DNA of 14,066 nucleotides from a virus: UHGV virus genome UHGV-0237147; one strand, 5' to 3'. Shown piece by piece: positions 12,654 to 14,066 of this stretch (position 1 is its first letter; each line of letters starts with the position of its first letter). The notes under the pieces were generated by a model. It saw only the letters and a program-made list of their open reading frames with translations, ran no database searches and was not told where the DNA came from. The position numbers and the translations under genes were made by a program.

Positions 12654-13280
12654 ATGGAAACTGTCGGTCAGCGCATCAAAGCTCTCAGGCGTGTAACCAA
12701 AACTTCGCAGAAAGAACTTGGTAAGTTCTGTGGTGTTAGCGATGTGGCGGTTGGGTATTGGGAAAAAGACATTAATGTGCCAGGCGGTGAGTCACTTTCG
12801 AAACTTGCAAAGTATTTCAACACATCAATTGATTACATACTCTATGGTACTGAATTTGAAGGAAATCTGATAACCAAGATGCGAAGGATTCCAGTGATAT
12901 CTTGGGTTCAGGCTGGACAGTTTACAGAATGTAAAGCAGCAGAAGTTTTCAGTGAAGTAGATAAGTGGGTAGAAACATCACTCAGGATAGGTGATAGCTC
13001 CTTTGCATTGGAGGTCAAAGGTGATTCGATGACAAACCCTAATGGTCTTCCGACAATCCCTGAAGGGGCAACAGTCATAGTGGACCCTGATGCAGAGCCA
13101 CTTAATGGAAAGATAGTCGTAGCCAGACTTGATGGGACAAACGAGGCTACTGTAAAAAAACTAGTCATCGATGGGCCTCAAAAGTTCTTAGTTCCCTTAA
13201 ATCCACGCTATCCAAACATTTCAATAAACGGTAATTGCCTGATCATTGGAGTTGTCAAAGGCGTTCAGTACGAGCTTTAA
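12654..13280 (+). CDS. CI-like prophage repressor (N-terminal XRE-type HTH plus C-terminal S24 LexA-like autopeptidase domain), 208 aa from ATG 12654
   Basis: HTH region GQRIKALRRVTKTSQKELGKFCGVSDVAVGYWE; C-terminal domain with the catalytic Ser motif KGDSM and a downstream Lys (ATVKKL) typical of S24 peptidases; no strong SD, as is common for cI from pRM. The ORF opens with TTG at 12621 but the first 11 codons look spurious. Confidence 0.85.
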   Translation: METVGQRIKALRRVTKTSQKELGKFCGVSDVAVGYWEKDINVPGGESLSKLAKYFNTSIDYILYGTEFEGNLITKMRRIPVISWVQAGQFTECKAAEVFSEVDKWVETSLRIGDSSFALEVKGDSMTNPNGLPTIPEGATVIVDPDAEPLNGKIVVARLDGTNEATVKKLVIDGPQKFLVPLNPRYPNISINGNCLIIGVVKGVQYEL

Positions 13281-13642
13281 CCCACCTCTAACCTTCCTCT
13301 TAACATCAAGCTAAGAATAGTTTGGTGTTTTTTCTTGATCTAATGGCTAAGTTAAGTTAGATTTCATTCATCAGCAGCGAACAGGCAGGACGCCCACGAA
13401 GTAGCCGCCGGTGGCATAAGAATAACCGGATGATTCGCAGGCAACAAAAAAGCGCCCATCGGACGCTTAGCTCTTTAACAATCTGGATACCCCAACCAAA
13501 GTAATTGTTTATTTACTTGGTGGCGCAGGAGGACGCGGTTGTGTAGGTACGTGTCCATGCCTGTCTGGATGAGGAGATGAGTGGTCCATCAGTAAAATCT
13601 CATCCTTTAGGTGCTGGTGGTCTGGGTTTCGGGGGACGATGG

Positions 13643-14066
13643 TTAGGAATTATCGGCACGGGTTTTGACATCTTTTTTCACCTTTTTTGTTCGGGGCAGG
13701 TCACCCGCAATCCAGGCAATCACGCTGTGTATGAATGATATTTCAGAATCATCATTACGTCCCAGAGCGATGCAGGTTCGCTTAAATGCAGCATCTTGCA
13801 GCGACCGCCAAGGGTTACTGTCGGCATCCTGGATCTTCAGATATCTGGCTCTTAGTTCATCATCAGGAAGAATTGAGAATTCAACAAGTAAACGCTTGTA
13901 TTGCCTCATTTGCTCCTTAGATAACCCCGCTTCTTGCCCAAATTGATAAACCAGCTGAAGTACAGACAGAACGGCAACAGAAACACCAAAAATAAACATA
14001 TTGCTGAATGGAGCAAAGACAGAAAAGCCCAAGACGATAAGGATAAGGGTAATGCTTTTATCTATT
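13643..14066 (-). CDS. Membrane protein of unknown function, 5'-truncated by the window edge (open reading frame continues past 14066); candidate superinfection-exclusion-type protein by position next to cI
   Basis: Reading frame stays open to the window end; two N-terminal TM segments (ITLILIVLGFSVFAPF, MFIFGVSVAVLSVLQLVY) followed by a soluble charged domain; convergent with cI. Function is inference only. Confidence 0.5.
   Translation of the reverse strand, partial: IDKSITLILIVLGFSVFAPFSNMFIFGVSVAVLSVLQLVYQFGQEAGLSKEQMRQYKRLLVEFSILPDDELRARYLKIQDADSNPWRSLQDAAFKRTCIALGRNDDSEISFIHSVIAWIAGDLPRTKKVKKDVKTRADNS

Larger units (their letters stand above)
1..14066. mobile_element. Lambdoid prophage segment (immunity - replication - nin-like region - Q - lysis - post-lysis accessory genes); both ends of the element lie outside the window
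   Basis: Gene order and content typical of lambdoid phages: CI/Cro-like divergent pair, iteron-containing replication gene, RusA, Ant/KilA-N, Q-like gene followed by hairpin terminator, holin/endolysin/spanin cassette. No integrase, att site or terminase gene seen in the window. Confidence 0.85.

Noticed and set aside
12908-13168. Minus-strand ORF 12908-13168
   Set aside because: Antisense inside the confidently identified CI-like repressor gene.
13665-13946. Plus-strand ORF 13665-13946
   Set aside because: Antisense to the membrane-protein gene; Ser/Cys-rich low-complexity translation; the minus-strand frame has clear TM helices and stays open to the window edge.
1-14066. tRNA or rRNA genes, integrase/attachment site, terminase genes
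   Set aside because: No cloverleaf-like tRNA candidate or rRNA-like sequence was noticed, and no ORF has integrase or terminase motifs; these parts of the prophage presumably lie outside the window. This is a visual assessment only; tRNAscan-SE and a homology search would be needed to be definitive.

Overview
This window reads as a segment of a lambdoid (lambda-like) prophage from an enterobacterial host, with most genes on the minus strand. Going from high to low coordinates on that strand: a partial membrane-protein gene convergent with cI; an immunity region (CI-like S24 repressor on +, divergent Cro-like and CII-like regulators on -, CTAAG/GCTAAG operator-like palindromes between them); a single replication-initiator gene with an internal array of palindromic iterons; a nin-like block (Dam-family adenine methyltransferase with a long C-terminal extension, RusA resolvase, KilA-N protein, Ant-type antirepressor, a 173-aa unknown, a 349-aa HNH/DUF968-like protein); a Q-like late regulator followed by a hairpin terminator; an AT-rich two-gene membrane-protein module bracketed by terminators; a lysis cassette (two holin-like membrane proteins, GH19 endolysin, overlapped spanin-like pair); small post-lysis genes; a plus-strand gene for a secreted protein with its own RBS and terminator; and at the left edge a dense array of TGGGACAT octamers. 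No tRNA, rRNA, CRISPR, integrase or terminase gene was recognised. The most likely home for an undescribed system is the terminator-insulated membrane-protein pair between Q and the holin; the methyltransferase fusion, the secreted-protein gene and the membrane protein beside cI are the next candidates. All family assignments come from reading the translations against remembered motifs; no database search was possible and GC content was judged by eye only.
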